NCBI GenBank assembly: GCA_944358405.1
Contig: CALVQX010000029.1
Coordinates: 1 to 56,175 of the forward strand
Origin: an uncultured Bacilli bacterium
Lineage (GTDB): Bacteria > Bacillota_I > Bacilli_A > RF39 > UBA660
DNA: 56,175 nucleotides
Direction of reading: 5' to 3'
In this document: positions 45,441 through 55,580 of the stretch, in pieces
Position numbering within the stretch: position 1 is the stretch's first letter
Layout of the letters: every line of letters starts with the position of its first letter
Notes under the pieces: model-generated
What the model was told of the DNA's origin: nothing
What the model saw: only the letters and a program-made list of their open reading frames with translations
Database searches by the model: none
Made by a program: the position numbers and the translations under genes

Positions 45441-46320
45441 ATTCTAATACCTCTTTTAACTCTGGTATTGAATATCTAGAACCAATTCTAGTAACAGAAA
45501 TTGCTCCAGTAATCGATGATAGACGAATGGCTTCTCTTAACGAATAATGGTTTCCAATAAAATAAGTAAATGCTCCGTGAAAAATATCTCCTGCTCCAGT
45601 AGAATCCACAGCTTTTACCTTAATACTTGGAATTTGCTCATATTTTCCATCGATTTTAGTAAAACTTCCTTTATCTTCCAAGGTAATTATTACATTTGTA
45701 TTAAAATATGCTTTTAATTTTTCATAGCATTCGATTAGTGTATTTGGATTTTGATAATCTATTTTAAGATCAACAAATTCCTGAGCAAAATCTTTAGAAC
45801 ATACTAAATAAGTTACTAATTTTCCTAGTTTTCTCGTATCATCATTTAATCTACCAGCATCCAATACACTAATTGCATTAGGATTATCCATTAATACTTG
45901 AAGCGCTGTATCTGGATGTTCTCCATCGATTAAGATTAGATCTGCAGAAAGGTTAATGTCTTGCTCTAATCTTCTGATAGGATCTCTTTTCGAAGTAATA
46001 ATTGTTCTACTTCCATTACTCATATTAGCAATAATATAACTACTAGATGTATCATGATTTTTTCTTTGTTCTATATATTTTGTACTAACTCCTATTTTTT
46101 GGAAATCTTCAATAATTTTATCCCCATAATAATCATCCCCAACTACGGATAATATTGTTGTATTCATTCCCCATTTAGCTAGTAGATAAGCGCCATTAGA
46201 TGCAGGTCCTCCACCGCACTCTATATGTTTTTCTATGCGATATTTTAAATTTTCCGTTGGATATTCTTGCATTGGTAATGTGGTATCATAGGTAGAATGT
46301 CCTACACAAACTACGTTCAT
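45424..46320 (-). CDS. PfkB-family carbohydrate kinase (ribokinase-like)
   Basis: 298 aa; GGGPASNGA N-terminal motif and DSTGAGDIFHGAF C-terminal motif. Confidence 0.85.
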   Translation of the reverse strand: MNVVCVGHSTYDTTLPMQEYPTENLKYRIEKHIECGGGPASNGAYLLAKWGMNTTILSVVGDDYYGDKIIEDFQKIGVSTKYIEQRKNHDTSSSYIIANMSNGSRTIITSKRDPIRRLEQDINLSADLILIDGEHPDTALQVLMDNPNAISVLDAGRLNDDTRKLGKLVTYLVCSKDFAQEFVDLKIDYQNPNTLIECYEKLKAYFNTNVIITLEDKGSFTKIDGKYEQIPSIKVKAVDSTGAGDIFHGAFTYFIGNHYSLREAIRLSSITGAISVTRIGSRYSIPELKEVLEYDDII

Positions 46321-46501
46321 ATCTTTTATCTCCTATCTCTTTATTGTATTTGAAGAACAATTTTTTTACCCTTTTTTATTGTTCTTTCTTTTATTATACA
46401 TCATTTTTAGTTCATAGAAAGTAATTTTTGACATTTTTCTACTACTTTTATGGCCTTTTAGTCAACCTTTCAATGAAGAAGTTCCAATATTTAGATTTTA
46501 T

Positions 46502-48172
46502 TTAAAAATACCAGGTAGAGAATAATTTTAATTGTTCTAAATAGTTATTTGAAGTAATATTTCCAGAAATTGCCGGATAGTAGATGCAGAAGATGACAAT
46601 TATAATTAAGCTATATAATGGAATGATCCATTCTTTTTTTGTCTTTTCTACTAAGTCATAAAATAAGGCAACAATGCTTAGCATAATAAATGGCAATACT
46701 GGGAAGTAATGATATAAGAACATGACTCTACCAATAAATATATATGGTAGCCATAATGTCAGTCCAGCAACTAAAAGCATAAAGCTTATTGGGTCTTTTT
46801 TTCTAATCCATCGGATGATCAAATATAAAAAAGCGAGTACTCCTGTCCACCAAATTGCGATGTTTCCTATTCCTGTAATCGTACCATGATGATATTCATC
46901 TATGTTATTGGTATAGTACCAGACCGGTTTATAGCATATTGGCCAACTATACCACGGAGAGGAAAAAGGATGGTCATCTTCCAACTCTGAATGATATTCA
47001 TAAATTTTTTCAGTTTGTACTAAAATATCCGATAGGCTATCTGTATAGGTAACCTGGATATTTGGAAATAACAGATAACTTCCAATATAAATTACTAAAG
47101 GAATCGCAATAAAGAACAAACAGCATTTTCCTACTAATTTTGTTGTGACTTGTTTCTTTTTGAACACATAGACTAAGAAAATAATGGCTAAACCAAGTCC
47201 AGCAAATAATCCAGTCCATTTTACTGAAGTAGCCATACCAAAGAATAATCCAGAAAAAAGAAGATGATATTGCTTATTAGGTTCTTTCATATACCGAATC
47301 ATAAAATAGTAAGAAAGCATAATAAATAAAACTAAAAAACTATCTACTGTTCCCATTCTAGTCTGTGCAAAGTGAAAGCAGTCAAACATCATTAAAAGTG
47401 CAGCTAATATAGCATATTTTCTCTTCTGAAATATTATTTTTCCAAATAGATACATCACTGCAATCATAAGAATTCCCGCAACATTTCCCATAAAGCGATA
47501 ATAAAAAGGAGCCATAGTATTAGATAACTTTATAGGGATTGCTTGAATCAATTTTCCTAGTGGAGGGTGTACCCATTCGTATGCTTCTAGGCCATAAGTA
47601 TATTCATAGGCTGTTCTAGCAAAGTAGATCTCATCAAAATAACTAGAGTTTAAATAACTAATCTCTTCTGGGGTTGCTGTCTTTTCATCAAGCAAAACCT
47701 TTGTTTTTTTTGTTTTTTGGGAAACAGAAGAAGTTGCCTTTGACACTTTGATCTCTTCTTTTGTATTATCATAAAACACGATGCTTCCAAGAGTTGCCCC
47801 TTCTATTTGAGATTCTATTTTTAAATATTTTGCTCTTTCTAATATCTTTTCTTCATTCCATGAAAATGCTCCATTCCCCGTAATATCTTTTATAAAAGTA
47901 TATTCTTTATTATCTGAAGAAACAGATAAAGAAAACGTTCCGTTGATTTCTCCATTATAAAACTTCATGCGAACAATATCTACTAAATCTGGAAATTCAA
48001 AAACAACAGACTCTTGCTCGTAAAATGTATAAAATGTTTGAGGATTTGTAGTAGACCCTAAATTTATAAAAGATAAAATACCATAGATTAGAAGAAGTAT
48101 TCCTAATATTATATAATCTGCTTTTTTCATTTTTGTTTCTTGTTTATTCCAGAATCGGTACCATTGTTTCAT
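46502..48172 (-). CDS. GT-C fold, GT39/PMT-type lipid-carrier-dependent glycosyltransferase with an inserted beta-sandwich (discoidin-like) module
   Basis: 556 aa; DEIYFARTAYEY...EWVHPPLGK loop-1 motif, about 10 TM segments; roughly 120-aa insert after TM1 (tentative discoidin/CBM-like); start 1 nt after the upstream stop. Confidence 0.75.
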   Translation of the reverse strand: MKQWYRFWNKQETKMKKADYIILGILLLIYGILSFINLGSTTNPQTFYTFYEQESVVFEFPDLVDIVRMKFYNGEINGTFSLSVSSDNKEYTFIKDITGNGAFSWNEEKILERAKYLKIESQIEGATLGSIVFYDNTKEEIKVSKATSSVSQKTKKTKVLLDEKTATPEEISYLNSSYFDEIYFARTAYEYTYGLEAYEWVHPPLGKLIQAIPIKLSNTMAPFYYRFMGNVAGILMIAVMYLFGKIIFQKRKYAILAALLMMFDCFHFAQTRMGTVDSFLVLFIMLSYYFMIRYMKEPNKQYHLLFSGLFFGMATSVKWTGLFAGLGLAIIFLVYVFKKKQVTTKLVGKCCLFFIAIPLVIYIGSYLLFPNIQVTYTDSLSDILVQTEKIYEYHSELEDDHPFSSPWYSWPICYKPVWYYTNNIDEYHHGTITGIGNIAIWWTGVLAFLYLIIRWIRKKDPISFMLLVAGLTLWLPYIFIGRVMFLYHYFPVLPFIMLSIVALFYDLVEKTKKEWIIPLYSLIIIVIFCIYYPAISGNITSNNYLEQLKLFSTWYF

Positions 48173-48173
48173 T

Positions 48174-49325
48174 TTATCCCTTCTTTTCTTTTTTTAATTT
48201 TTTTTCTTTTTCTTTGATTCTTCCTTTTACACTTGTTCTAAAAATACTATATAGAATTGAACATAAAGGTACGCTAAGTAGCATTCCTATCATTCCATAA
48301 ATACTGGCACCTATCGTTACCGCTACCATAACCCAAATACTAGGTAATCCAACTGATTTTCCTACCACTTTTGGATAGATTAAATTTCCTTCTATTTGTT
48401 GAAGAATAATAATATAAATAATAAAAATAATTGCCTTACTAGGATTGAACATAAAAATTAAAAATGCACCAATTATCGTTCCAATAAATGCTCCAAATAC
48501 TGGAATTAAAGCAGTAAATCCTACTAATACAGAAATAGTGGCCGCATAAGGAATTTTTAATATAAGCATTCCCAAAAAGCATAATATTCCGATAATGAAA
48601 GCTTCCATACATTGTCCAGTAATAAAATTAGCAAAGGTCTTATTAGATAGTGTTGCTATTTGTTGCAGTTTTTCTTCTTGTTTTTTCGTTCCATAGGCAT
48701 AAATAATTTCTTTTGCTTGGCGTGCTAGCGTTTCCTTTTTTAATAAAATATAAATAGCAAAAACAATTGCTAAAATCCATGTAGTTATCGTCTGAAATAT
48801 ATTCGCTGCTACTCCAATTGTTGTATCCATAATTTTTTCTTTGTTACTGCTCACAAAGGAAATAATTCCATCTTTAAAATCTATAATGTAGTTATTAAAA
48901 TTATTAATATCTTTTTTAGAAACTCCAAAATTTTCCAATAGCTCTACACTTTCTTTTCTATAGTTCGGTAAATTTTTAGTAAATATTTCTGCAGTATTTT
49001 GCAACTGAGGAATTACTAAATACAGCAAAAAGACAAGTGTACCAACAATCAAAAGCAAGGTTATTGTTAAAGAAACTGGACGATGCCATTTTTGCCAGTA
49101 TTTATACTTTTTCTGATTCAATTTGGAAAAAAATTTATTTTCTACTATATTTAATAAGACATTTAAAACAAAAGCAATCATTGCTCCTATGATAAAGGGC
49201 ATGAATAATCCAATCAAATAACCTAAAAAGTCTAAAATTGATGAAATATGAATTAAAGCAAAGATAAGCACGATTGTTATAACAATAATTTCTAGAATCG
49301 TTTTTTTATTTTTCTCTAGATCCAT
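48174..49325 (-). CDS. AI-2E (PerM/UPF0118) family transporter
   Basis: 8 TM segments, conserved IPVFGAFIGTIIGAF and LIYPKVVG motifs; start moved to ATG 49325 (AGAGGTG SD). Confidence 0.85.
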   Translation of the reverse strand: MDLEKNKKTILEIIVITIVLIFALIHISSILDFLGYLIGLFMPFIIGAMIAFVLNVLLNIVENKFFSKLNQKKYKYWQKWHRPVSLTITLLLIVGTLVFLLYLVIPQLQNTAEIFTKNLPNYRKESVELLENFGVSKKDINNFNNYIIDFKDGIISFVSSNKEKIMDTTIGVAANIFQTITTWILAIVFAIYILLKKETLARQAKEIIYAYGTKKQEEKLQQIATLSNKTFANFITGQCMEAFIIGILCFLGMLILKIPYAATISVLVGFTALIPVFGAFIGTIIGAFLIFMFNPSKAIIFIIYIIILQQIEGNLIYPKVVGKSVGLPSIWVMVAVTIGASIYGMIGMLLSVPLCSILYSIFRTSVKGRIKEKEKKLKKEKKG

Positions 49326-49416
49326 ATTAACACCTCTTTGGCATATTATAGCATGCTTTTTTAGAAAGTGGAACTGCTTTCCAATAGAAAAATATGCCAT
49401 ATGGCATATTCTCTTA

Positions 49417-52038
49417 TTATTTATTTTGAATTGCAGCTTGAGCCGCAGCTAGTCTTGCAACTGGAACACGGAATGGAGAGCAAGAAACATAAGTTAGACC
49501 TACTTTGTGACAGAATTCTACACTCTTTGGATCGCCACCATGTTCTCCACAGATACCTAATTTAATATCTTTTCTAGTCTTTCTTCCTAACTCTGCTGAC
49601 ATTTTTACTAATTTTCCAACACCTTCTTGATCGATAGTTGCAAACGGATCAAATTCTAAAATTCCTTTCTTATAATAATCATCTAAGAATTTTGCAGCAT
49701 CATCTCTAGAGAAGCCAAAAGTCATTTGCGTTAAATCATTCGTTCCAAAACTAAAGAACTCTGCTTCTTTTGCAATTTCATCTGCTGTTAAGGCTGCTCT
49801 TGGTATTTCAATCATTGTACCAACACTATATTTGATATCCATACCAGATTCTTTGATAATTTGATCTGCGGTTTCTACGACAATATTTTTCACATATTTT
49901 AACTCTTTAATTGTACCAACCAATGGAATCATAATTTCTGGTTCTACTTTAATTCCATCTTTATTTACTTTAATTGCTGCTTCAATGACTGCTCTTGTTT
50001 GCATTTCGGCGATTTCTGGATAAGTTACGGCTAAACGACAACCACGATGACCCATCATTGGATTAAACTCTTTTAAAGATTCTACACGATTTTTCAATGC
50101 TTCGAAGCTCATTCCCAAGCTTTCTGCAAGTGGTTTAATTTCTTCATCCGTATGAGGTAGGAATTCATGTAGTGGAGGATCTAAGAAACGGATAGTTACT
50201 CCATAACCTTCCATTGCTCTAAATAAACCTTCAAAATCATCTCTTTGATATGGAAGAATTTTTTCTAAAGCTTCTTTTCTTGTCTCTACATCTTCTGCCG
50301 TAATCATTCGACGGAAGTTAAAGATTCTTTCTGGTTCAAAGAACATATGCTCTGTACGGCACAATCCAATACCTTCTGCTCCGAACTTTCTGGCTTGAAG
50401 AGCATCTTTTGGAGTATCTGCATTGGTTCTAACTTTTAATTTTCTTACCGCATCTGACCAGTTCATAAATGTTTCAAAATTTCCAGAAATTTCTGGAGCT
50501 ACGGTCTTGATTTGTCCTCCATAGACATTTCCGGTAGATCCATCTAGACTCATATAGTCTCCCTCTTTAAATACTGTTCCATCTTTTGTCGTCAATGTCT
50601 TTTGCTCTTCATCAATGACTAATTCTCCACAACCAGAAACACAGCAAGTACCCATTCCACGTGCTACTACGGCAGCATGAGAAGTCATACCTCCACGAAC
50701 AGTTAAAATTCCATGAGCAATATTCATTCCTTCAATATCCTCTGGGGATGTTTCTAAACGTACTAATAAAATATCTTTTTCCCCTGCTTCATGCATTTTT
50801 ATGACATCTTCTGCTGTAAAACAGATTTTTCCCGTTGCGGCACCAGGAGAAGCAGCTAATCCCTTTGCTATGACCTTTGCTGCTTTTAAGCTTTCTTGAT
50901 CAAAGTTTGGATGTAATAGCTGATCTAGTTGTTTTGGTTCTACTTTTAATAAAGCTTCTTCTTTAGTAAGCATTCCCTCTTCTACCAAATCTACTGCAAT
51001 TTTTAAAGCAGCAGCAGCAGTTCTTTTACCATTTCTGGTCTGTAACATAAATAGCTTTCCATCTTCGATCGTAAACTCCATATCTTGCATATCTCTATAA
51101 TGTTCTTCTAGTTTATGGCAAATCTTTACAAATTCTTCATAGCATTCTGGCATAATATCTTTTAAAGTGTCAATGGTTTGGGGAGTTCTAATTCCTGCTA
51201 CAACATCTTCTCCTTGGGCATTCATTAAAAATTCTCCATATAATTTCTTTTCACCAGTTGCAGGATTTCTAGTAAAAGCTACTCCAGTTCCAGAAGTATC
51301 TCCACGGTTTCCATAAACCATTTCTTGAACATTTACAGCAGTTCCCCAACTACTTGGAATATCATTTAATCTACGATAAGTGATTGCACGATCATTATTC
51401 CAACTTCTAAATACAGCTTTTACTGCTTCAATTAACTGTTCTTTTGGATCTTGTGGAAATTCACGACCTGCATGCTTTAGATATTCTTGCTTATAGATCT
51501 CTACTACTTCCATTAAATCCTCTGCCGATAGTTCCGTATCAAATTCTACATTTTTTTCTTCTTTAATTTTATCAAACTTTCTTTCAAAAGATGATTTTGG
51601 GAATCCCATTACAACATCAGCAAACATTTGGATAAATCTACGATATGAGTCATAAACGAATCTAGGATTTTTCGTTACTTCACTAAATCCTTTGGCAACC
51701 GTATCATTTAATCCTAAATTTAACACCGTATCCATCATTCCAGGCATAGAAGCTCTTGCACCACTTCGAACAGAAACTAATAGTGGATTTTTCTCATCAC
51801 CTAATTTCTTGCCTGTAATTTTTTCTAATTCTTCTAGTTTACTTTCAATTTCTTCTACGATGTCTTTACTTAGTGTTTCGTTATCTTCATAATATTTTAA
51901 ACATGCTTCTGTTGTTACAGTAAATCCCCTAGGTACTGGTAATCCAATATTGGTCATCTCAGCCAAATTAGCACCTTTTCCTCCTAAAAGATTACGCATA
52001 TCTTTACTACCTTCGGTAAATAAATATACATATTTCAT
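49417..52038 (-). CDS. ppdK: pyruvate, phosphate dikinase
   Basis: 873 aa; GGKGANLAEM, phosphohistidine GGMTSHAAVVARG, C-terminal PEP-utilising TIM barrel motifs; start moved to ATG 52038 (GAGGAGG SD). Confidence 0.95.
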   Translation of the reverse strand: MKYVYLFTEGSKDMRNLLGGKGANLAEMTNIGLPVPRGFTVTTEACLKYYEDNETLSKDIVEEIESKLEELEKITGKKLGDEKNPLLVSVRSGARASMPGMMDTVLNLGLNDTVAKGFSEVTKNPRFVYDSYRRFIQMFADVVMGFPKSSFERKFDKIKEEKNVEFDTELSAEDLMEVVEIYKQEYLKHAGREFPQDPKEQLIEAVKAVFRSWNNDRAITYRRLNDIPSSWGTAVNVQEMVYGNRGDTSGTGVAFTRNPATGEKKLYGEFLMNAQGEDVVAGIRTPQTIDTLKDIMPECYEEFVKICHKLEEHYRDMQDMEFTIEDGKLFMLQTRNGKRTAAAALKIAVDLVEEGMLTKEEALLKVEPKQLDQLLHPNFDQESLKAAKVIAKGLAASPGAATGKICFTAEDVIKMHEAGEKDILLVRLETSPEDIEGMNIAHGILTVRGGMTSHAAVVARGMGTCCVSGCGELVIDEEQKTLTTKDGTVFKEGDYMSLDGSTGNVYGGQIKTVAPEISGNFETFMNWSDAVRKLKVRTNADTPKDALQARKFGAEGIGLCRTEHMFFEPERIFNFRRMITAEDVETRKEALEKILPYQRDDFEGLFRAMEGYGVTIRFLDPPLHEFLPHTDEEIKPLAESLGMSFEALKNRVESLKEFNPMMGHRGCRLAVTYPEIAEMQTRAVIEAAIKVNKDGIKVEPEIMIPLVGTIKELKYVKNIVVETADQIIKESGMDIKYSVGTMIEIPRAALTADEIAKEAEFFSFGTNDLTQMTFGFSRDDAAKFLDDYYKKGILEFDPFATIDQEGVGKLVKMSAELGRKTRKDIKLGICGEHGGDPKSVEFCHKVGLTYVSCSPFRVPVARLAAAQAAIQNK

Positions 52039-52126
52039 AATATTCCTCCTCAATTGTCGTCAGACAACTTTAGTATAACAAGGCTTTTTCTAACTGGCAA
52101 TAGAAATCAGTAAAATTTACTTTTTT

Positions 52127-52152
52127 TGACAAAAAGAAAAAGACTATTGAAA
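52127..52152 (-). terminator. intrinsic terminator overlapping the trxA stop codon
   Basis: stem AAAAGACT/AGTCTTTT, 9-nt loop, TCTTTTTG tail on the minus strand. Confidence 0.5.
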
Positions 52153-52443
52153 TAAGTCTTTTAACTCATGTTTATCTAGGTATCCACTATGAGAACGAAT
52201 TAATTTTCCATCTTCAAATACCATGATCGTAGGTACGGATAAAATTTTATATTTTCTAGCTAAATTCATAAACTGATCAATATCTACTTTCACAAATTGA
52301 ATGTCTTTTTCCTCTTTTGCGACCTCTTCTATTACAGGTCCTAATAGCTGGCATGGTCCACACCAAGTTGCATAAAAATCTACTACGACCTTTCCCTTTT
52401 TTATGATTTGTTCAAAATCTTCTTCTTTTTTTAAATGTTCCAT
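52144..52443 (-). CDS. trxA: thioredoxin
   Basis: 99 aa; WCGPC active site in the canonical context. Confidence 0.92.
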   Translation of the reverse strand: MEHLKKEEDFEQIIKKGKVVVDFYATWCGPCQLLGPVIEEVAKEEKDIQFVKVDIDQFMNLARKYKILSVPTIMVFEDGKLIRSHSGYLDKHELKDLFQ

Positions 52444-52470
52444 TTTTATCTTCCTTTCTTTTTCCTGATA

Positions 52471-53190
52471 TTATTCTTGATATTTTTTTATTACATCATC
52501 TAGTTCTTGGATTCCTTTTAGTTTATCTAATGCTTCTAATTGTTCTACTGTTTTGGGACGAACTACTTTATACTTTAGCATGACATCAATTGTTTTTAAA
52601 TTGGCTTCATTTGTTGTTAGTTCATTCTTTGATAGTTGATCTCCTAAATCATAGATTTCTTGAATAGAATTCGTCATACTGCCAGTACCTTTAGATAGAA
52701 TCGGGGTATGATATACAATCTGATTCGTTAGTTTACTTTCTAAGAAAATTGGCTTATCTTTACAAGGAATCATCGCAACTAATAATACAATAAATAAAAC
52801 AATGTATCCTTCTAATAGTCCAATGATTGCTCCTCCAATTTTAGATGGTAAATATAATATTACTGTCATATTGACTAGTTTTTGTAAAATTCCAGATAAA
52901 TGTAATACAATTGTATAAACACTAAATAGTAAACTGTAAATAATTAAAAAGGCAATTAATTGATAGATCAAAATATTAATTGCAGTCATTCCCGTTAAAG
53001 TTCCTCCAAATTGAAAAAACGGGAGATACTTGCATAAAAAGTTTCCTAATGGTTCTCTTAGAATGTAGGCAATGACAAAAATAAGGATCATTCCTATCGC
53101 TGAGGTTGCCTCTTTAATTAGACCTTTTTTTAATCCTGTAATAGTGAACATAATTAGAAACAATACAATCACAATATCTAATATATTCAT
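52471..53190 (-). CDS. cvpA: CvpA-family membrane protein
   Basis: MNILDIVIVLFLIMFTITGLKKGLIKE N-terminus and 4 TM segments typical of CvpA; start moved to ATG 53190 (AGGAG SD). Confidence 0.75.
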   Translation of the reverse strand: MNILDIVIVLFLIMFTITGLKKGLIKEATSAIGMILIFVIAYILREPLGNFLCKYLPFFQFGGTLTGMTAINILIYQLIAFLIIYSLLFSVYTIVLHLSGILQKLVNMTVILYLPSKIGGAIIGLLEGYIVLFIVLLVAMIPCKDKPIFLESKLTNQIVYHTPILSKGTGSMTNSIQEIYDLGDQLSKNELTTNEANLKTIDVMLKYKVVRPKTVEQLEALDKLKGIQELDDVIKKYQE

Positions 53191-53334
53191 AACTTCAACT
53201 CCTACTATTATAGTATATCGCATTTCACAAAATTATGCCATAGTAGTCCCTAAAAATTTAACTACTATAATTTATTAAAAATAGAAAATAGACTTTATTC
53301 AAGCAATCTGATACAATAAATGAGAGGTGAGATA

Positions 53335-54246
53335 ATGAATGTCGTTATTAAAGTAAATGATGAAATTAAAGAAAAGATGATTGAATATTATAAAGATAAA
53401 GTTCGCGATAAAAAAATACCTTATGCTATTTTTCAAGCTCAGGAAGAAGATACTGTAATTACTTTATATGAATCTGGAAAAGCTATGTTCCAAGGAACTA
53501 GTGCTGATGTGGATGCTGCTATGTGGGGAGTTGCTTTGGAAAATACTCAAGAAAAAAAGAAAGAGCGTAAAAAAGAAGAAGAAAAATATTACTATTGTAA
53601 TGCGGTTGGCTCTGACGAAGTTGGAACCGGAGATTATTTTGGCCCCATTGTCGTTACTGCTACTTATGTTCCCAAAGAAGAAATTCCCTTTTTGGAAAAG
53701 TTGGGGGTTGGAGATTCCAAAAAGATCGATGATAATAAAATTTTAAAAATTGCTCCTGAACTTGCTAAAAAAATTAAATACCGTAGTGTTATCTTATCAA
53801 ATTCTGAATATAATGAGAAATATACTAAAAATGTAAATATGAATAAAATTAAAGCAATCATGCATAATAAAGTATTATATCAATTGATGCAAGAAGAAAA
53901 GCCAAAAGTTGATTATATCATTGTAGATGAATTTGCAAGAGAAGCAAGATATTACGAATATTTACAGGGGATTTCAAATATTCAGCGAAATATTACCTTT
54001 ATGACCAAAGCAGAAGATAAAAATTTAGCTGTTGCTTGTGGATCTATTATTAGTCGTTATTTATTTTTAAAAGAATTCAATAAATTAAGTGATGAATTAC
54101 ATATTCCTCTTCCAAAAGGTGCTGGTCATGATGTCGATACGATTGGAGAAGAAATAGTAGAAAAGTATGGGGAAGAAAAATTAAAAGAAATTGCAAAATT
54201 AAATTTTAAAAACACGGATAGAATTTTACATACACTTATATATTAA
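53335..54246 (+). CDS. rnhC: ribonuclease HIII
   Basis: N-terminal DUF3378-like domain plus RNase H type 2 core (GSDEVGTGDYFGP, VDEF); start moved to ATG 53335 (GAGAGGTGA SD). Confidence 0.9.
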   Translation: MNVVIKVNDEIKEKMIEYYKDKVRDKKIPYAIFQAQEEDTVITLYESGKAMFQGTSADVDAAMWGVALENTQEKKKERKKEEEKYYYCNAVGSDEVGTGDYFGPIVVTATYVPKEEIPFLEKLGVGDSKKIDDNKILKIAPELAKKIKYRSVILSNSEYNEKYTKNVNMNKIKAIMHNKVLYQLMQEEKPKVDYIIVDEFAREARYYEYLQGISNIQRNITFMTKAEDKNLAVACGSIISRYLFLKEFNKLSDELHIPLPKGAGHDVDTIGEEIVEKYGEEKLKEIAKLNFKNTDRILHTLIY

Positions 54247-54270
54247 AAATACTAAGGATTTTCCTTAGTA

Positions 54271-55182
54271 TTATTTTTTTACAACCACTGCGGTATCTGT
54301 TGTAATGCTTTCATATAATTGTTTTGCGGCACTTGGTTGCATATTTACACAACCATGGCTACCATTATATTGATAAGTAGAAGTGTTAAATTCGCTAGTA
54401 GATCTCCACGTAGCATCATGCATTCCAATTCCTCTTTCTGTAATAAATGGCATCCAGTAATCTACATAGGAAGCATATGTAGAACCATCATCATTGTATC
54501 CTCTTAGTGTTACTCCTCTTTGCATATTAGCAACTTTTAGGACATAACGTCCTGTTGGAGTATCATGACTGTTTTGAAGACCAGTTACAACTGGAGTTTG
54601 TTGTTGAATCTTGCCTTTTTCATAATAGGTTAGACTTTGATCACTGATATCAATTACAATAACATTTCTACTTACTAAAGGTCCATATACATAACCATAC
54701 TTATAGCTATTATTAGATAATTTTATTTTATACCAATCTCCTACTTGTTTTACTATGGTTACAGCATCCCCCATGTCTAAACTTCCAATCACTTTAGAAC
54801 TTGTCGTAGCACTTTTTCTAATATTGATATCATTTCCAATTGCTAGAGCTTTGTTGCTTGCAATATAGCTTGGTTTTTCTTGGCTTCCTACTAATACATT
54901 TAGTTTAGAACAAGTATTTGGTCCAACAATTCCATCCACATCTAAATTATATTTTGCTTGAAATGAAGTTACACAACGATTGGTTTCACTACCAAAAATT
55001 CCGTCTACATCTAGGTTACATTTCATTGCCTTGTTTAGCATCGTTTGTAAGGTCTTTACATCGCTTCCTACACTACCGTTTGCTAGGTAAGTATTACAAT
55101 TTAATGTTTGTGCTGATACTTTGATTGTCGTGCATAAAAATACTATTATAAAAACACTAATCAACTTCCAACATTTACTCAT
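54271..55182 (-). CDS. L,D-transpeptidase with two PG-binding domains and an SH3-like domain
   Basis: 303 aa; signal peptide, two LxVDGIFG(S/P)xT PG_binding_1 repeats, YkuD catalytic SHGCVNM. Confidence 0.88.
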   Translation of the reverse strand: MSKCWKLISVFIIVFLCTTIKVSAQTLNCNTYLANGSVGSDVKTLQTMLNKAMKCNLDVDGIFGSETNRCVTSFQAKYNLDVDGIVGPNTCSKLNVLVGSQEKPSYIASNKALAIGNDINIRKSATTSSKVIGSLDMGDAVTIVKQVGDWYKIKLSNNSYKYGYVYGPLVSRNVIVIDISDQSLTYYEKGKIQQQTPVVTGLQNSHDTPTGRYVLKVANMQRGVTLRGYNDDGSTYASYVDYWMPFITERGIGMHDATWRSTSEFNTSTYQYNGSHGCVNMQPSAAKQLYESITTDTAVVVKK

Positions 55183-55205
55183 ACTTCTCTCCTCCTTGAT
55201 TTATA

Positions 55206-55234
55206 ATTGTAAATACTTCTTTTTCATTTGTCAA
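55206..55234 (-). promoter_or_regulatory. sigma-A promoter of the L,D-transpeptidase gene
   Basis: TTGACA - 17 nt - TACAAT on the minus strand, about 20 nt before the AAGGAGGAG SD. Confidence 0.65.
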
Positions 55235-55435
55235 ATCAATATAACAATATTTATCATTTTAAAATTTTAATTTATACTTTTCTACTTTACCATTTTGTAA
55301 GAAATCAATAGCAAATCGAATCTTTTGTTCTATCTTCTTCTAAATTTATTCCGGTATTTTCTTTCATTTACTTGCAGATGTCTTTTTCTCTTCTTACTTT
55401 TATTTTAGCATAGATAATACGTGATGTAAACAAAC

Positions 55436-55483
55436 CTTAAGCCCACAGTAAAAATCCACCTTAAGCCCACAGTAAAAATCCAC
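55436..55483. repeat. perfect 24-bp tandem duplication (CTTAAGCCCACAGTAAAAATCCAC x2) abutting the IS200 right-end hairpin
   Basis: 55436-55459 equals 55460-55483; a third partial copy (CCTTAA) runs into the hairpin. Confidence 0.9.
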
Positions 55484-55580
55484 CCTTAAAAAGGGTGGTT
55501 TTTCTCTGAAGCCTATAAGGCTTGACACTGGCAGCTACCATTTGGTAGCTTTTCTAGTCTGCCTATTGCCTTTGTCACTC

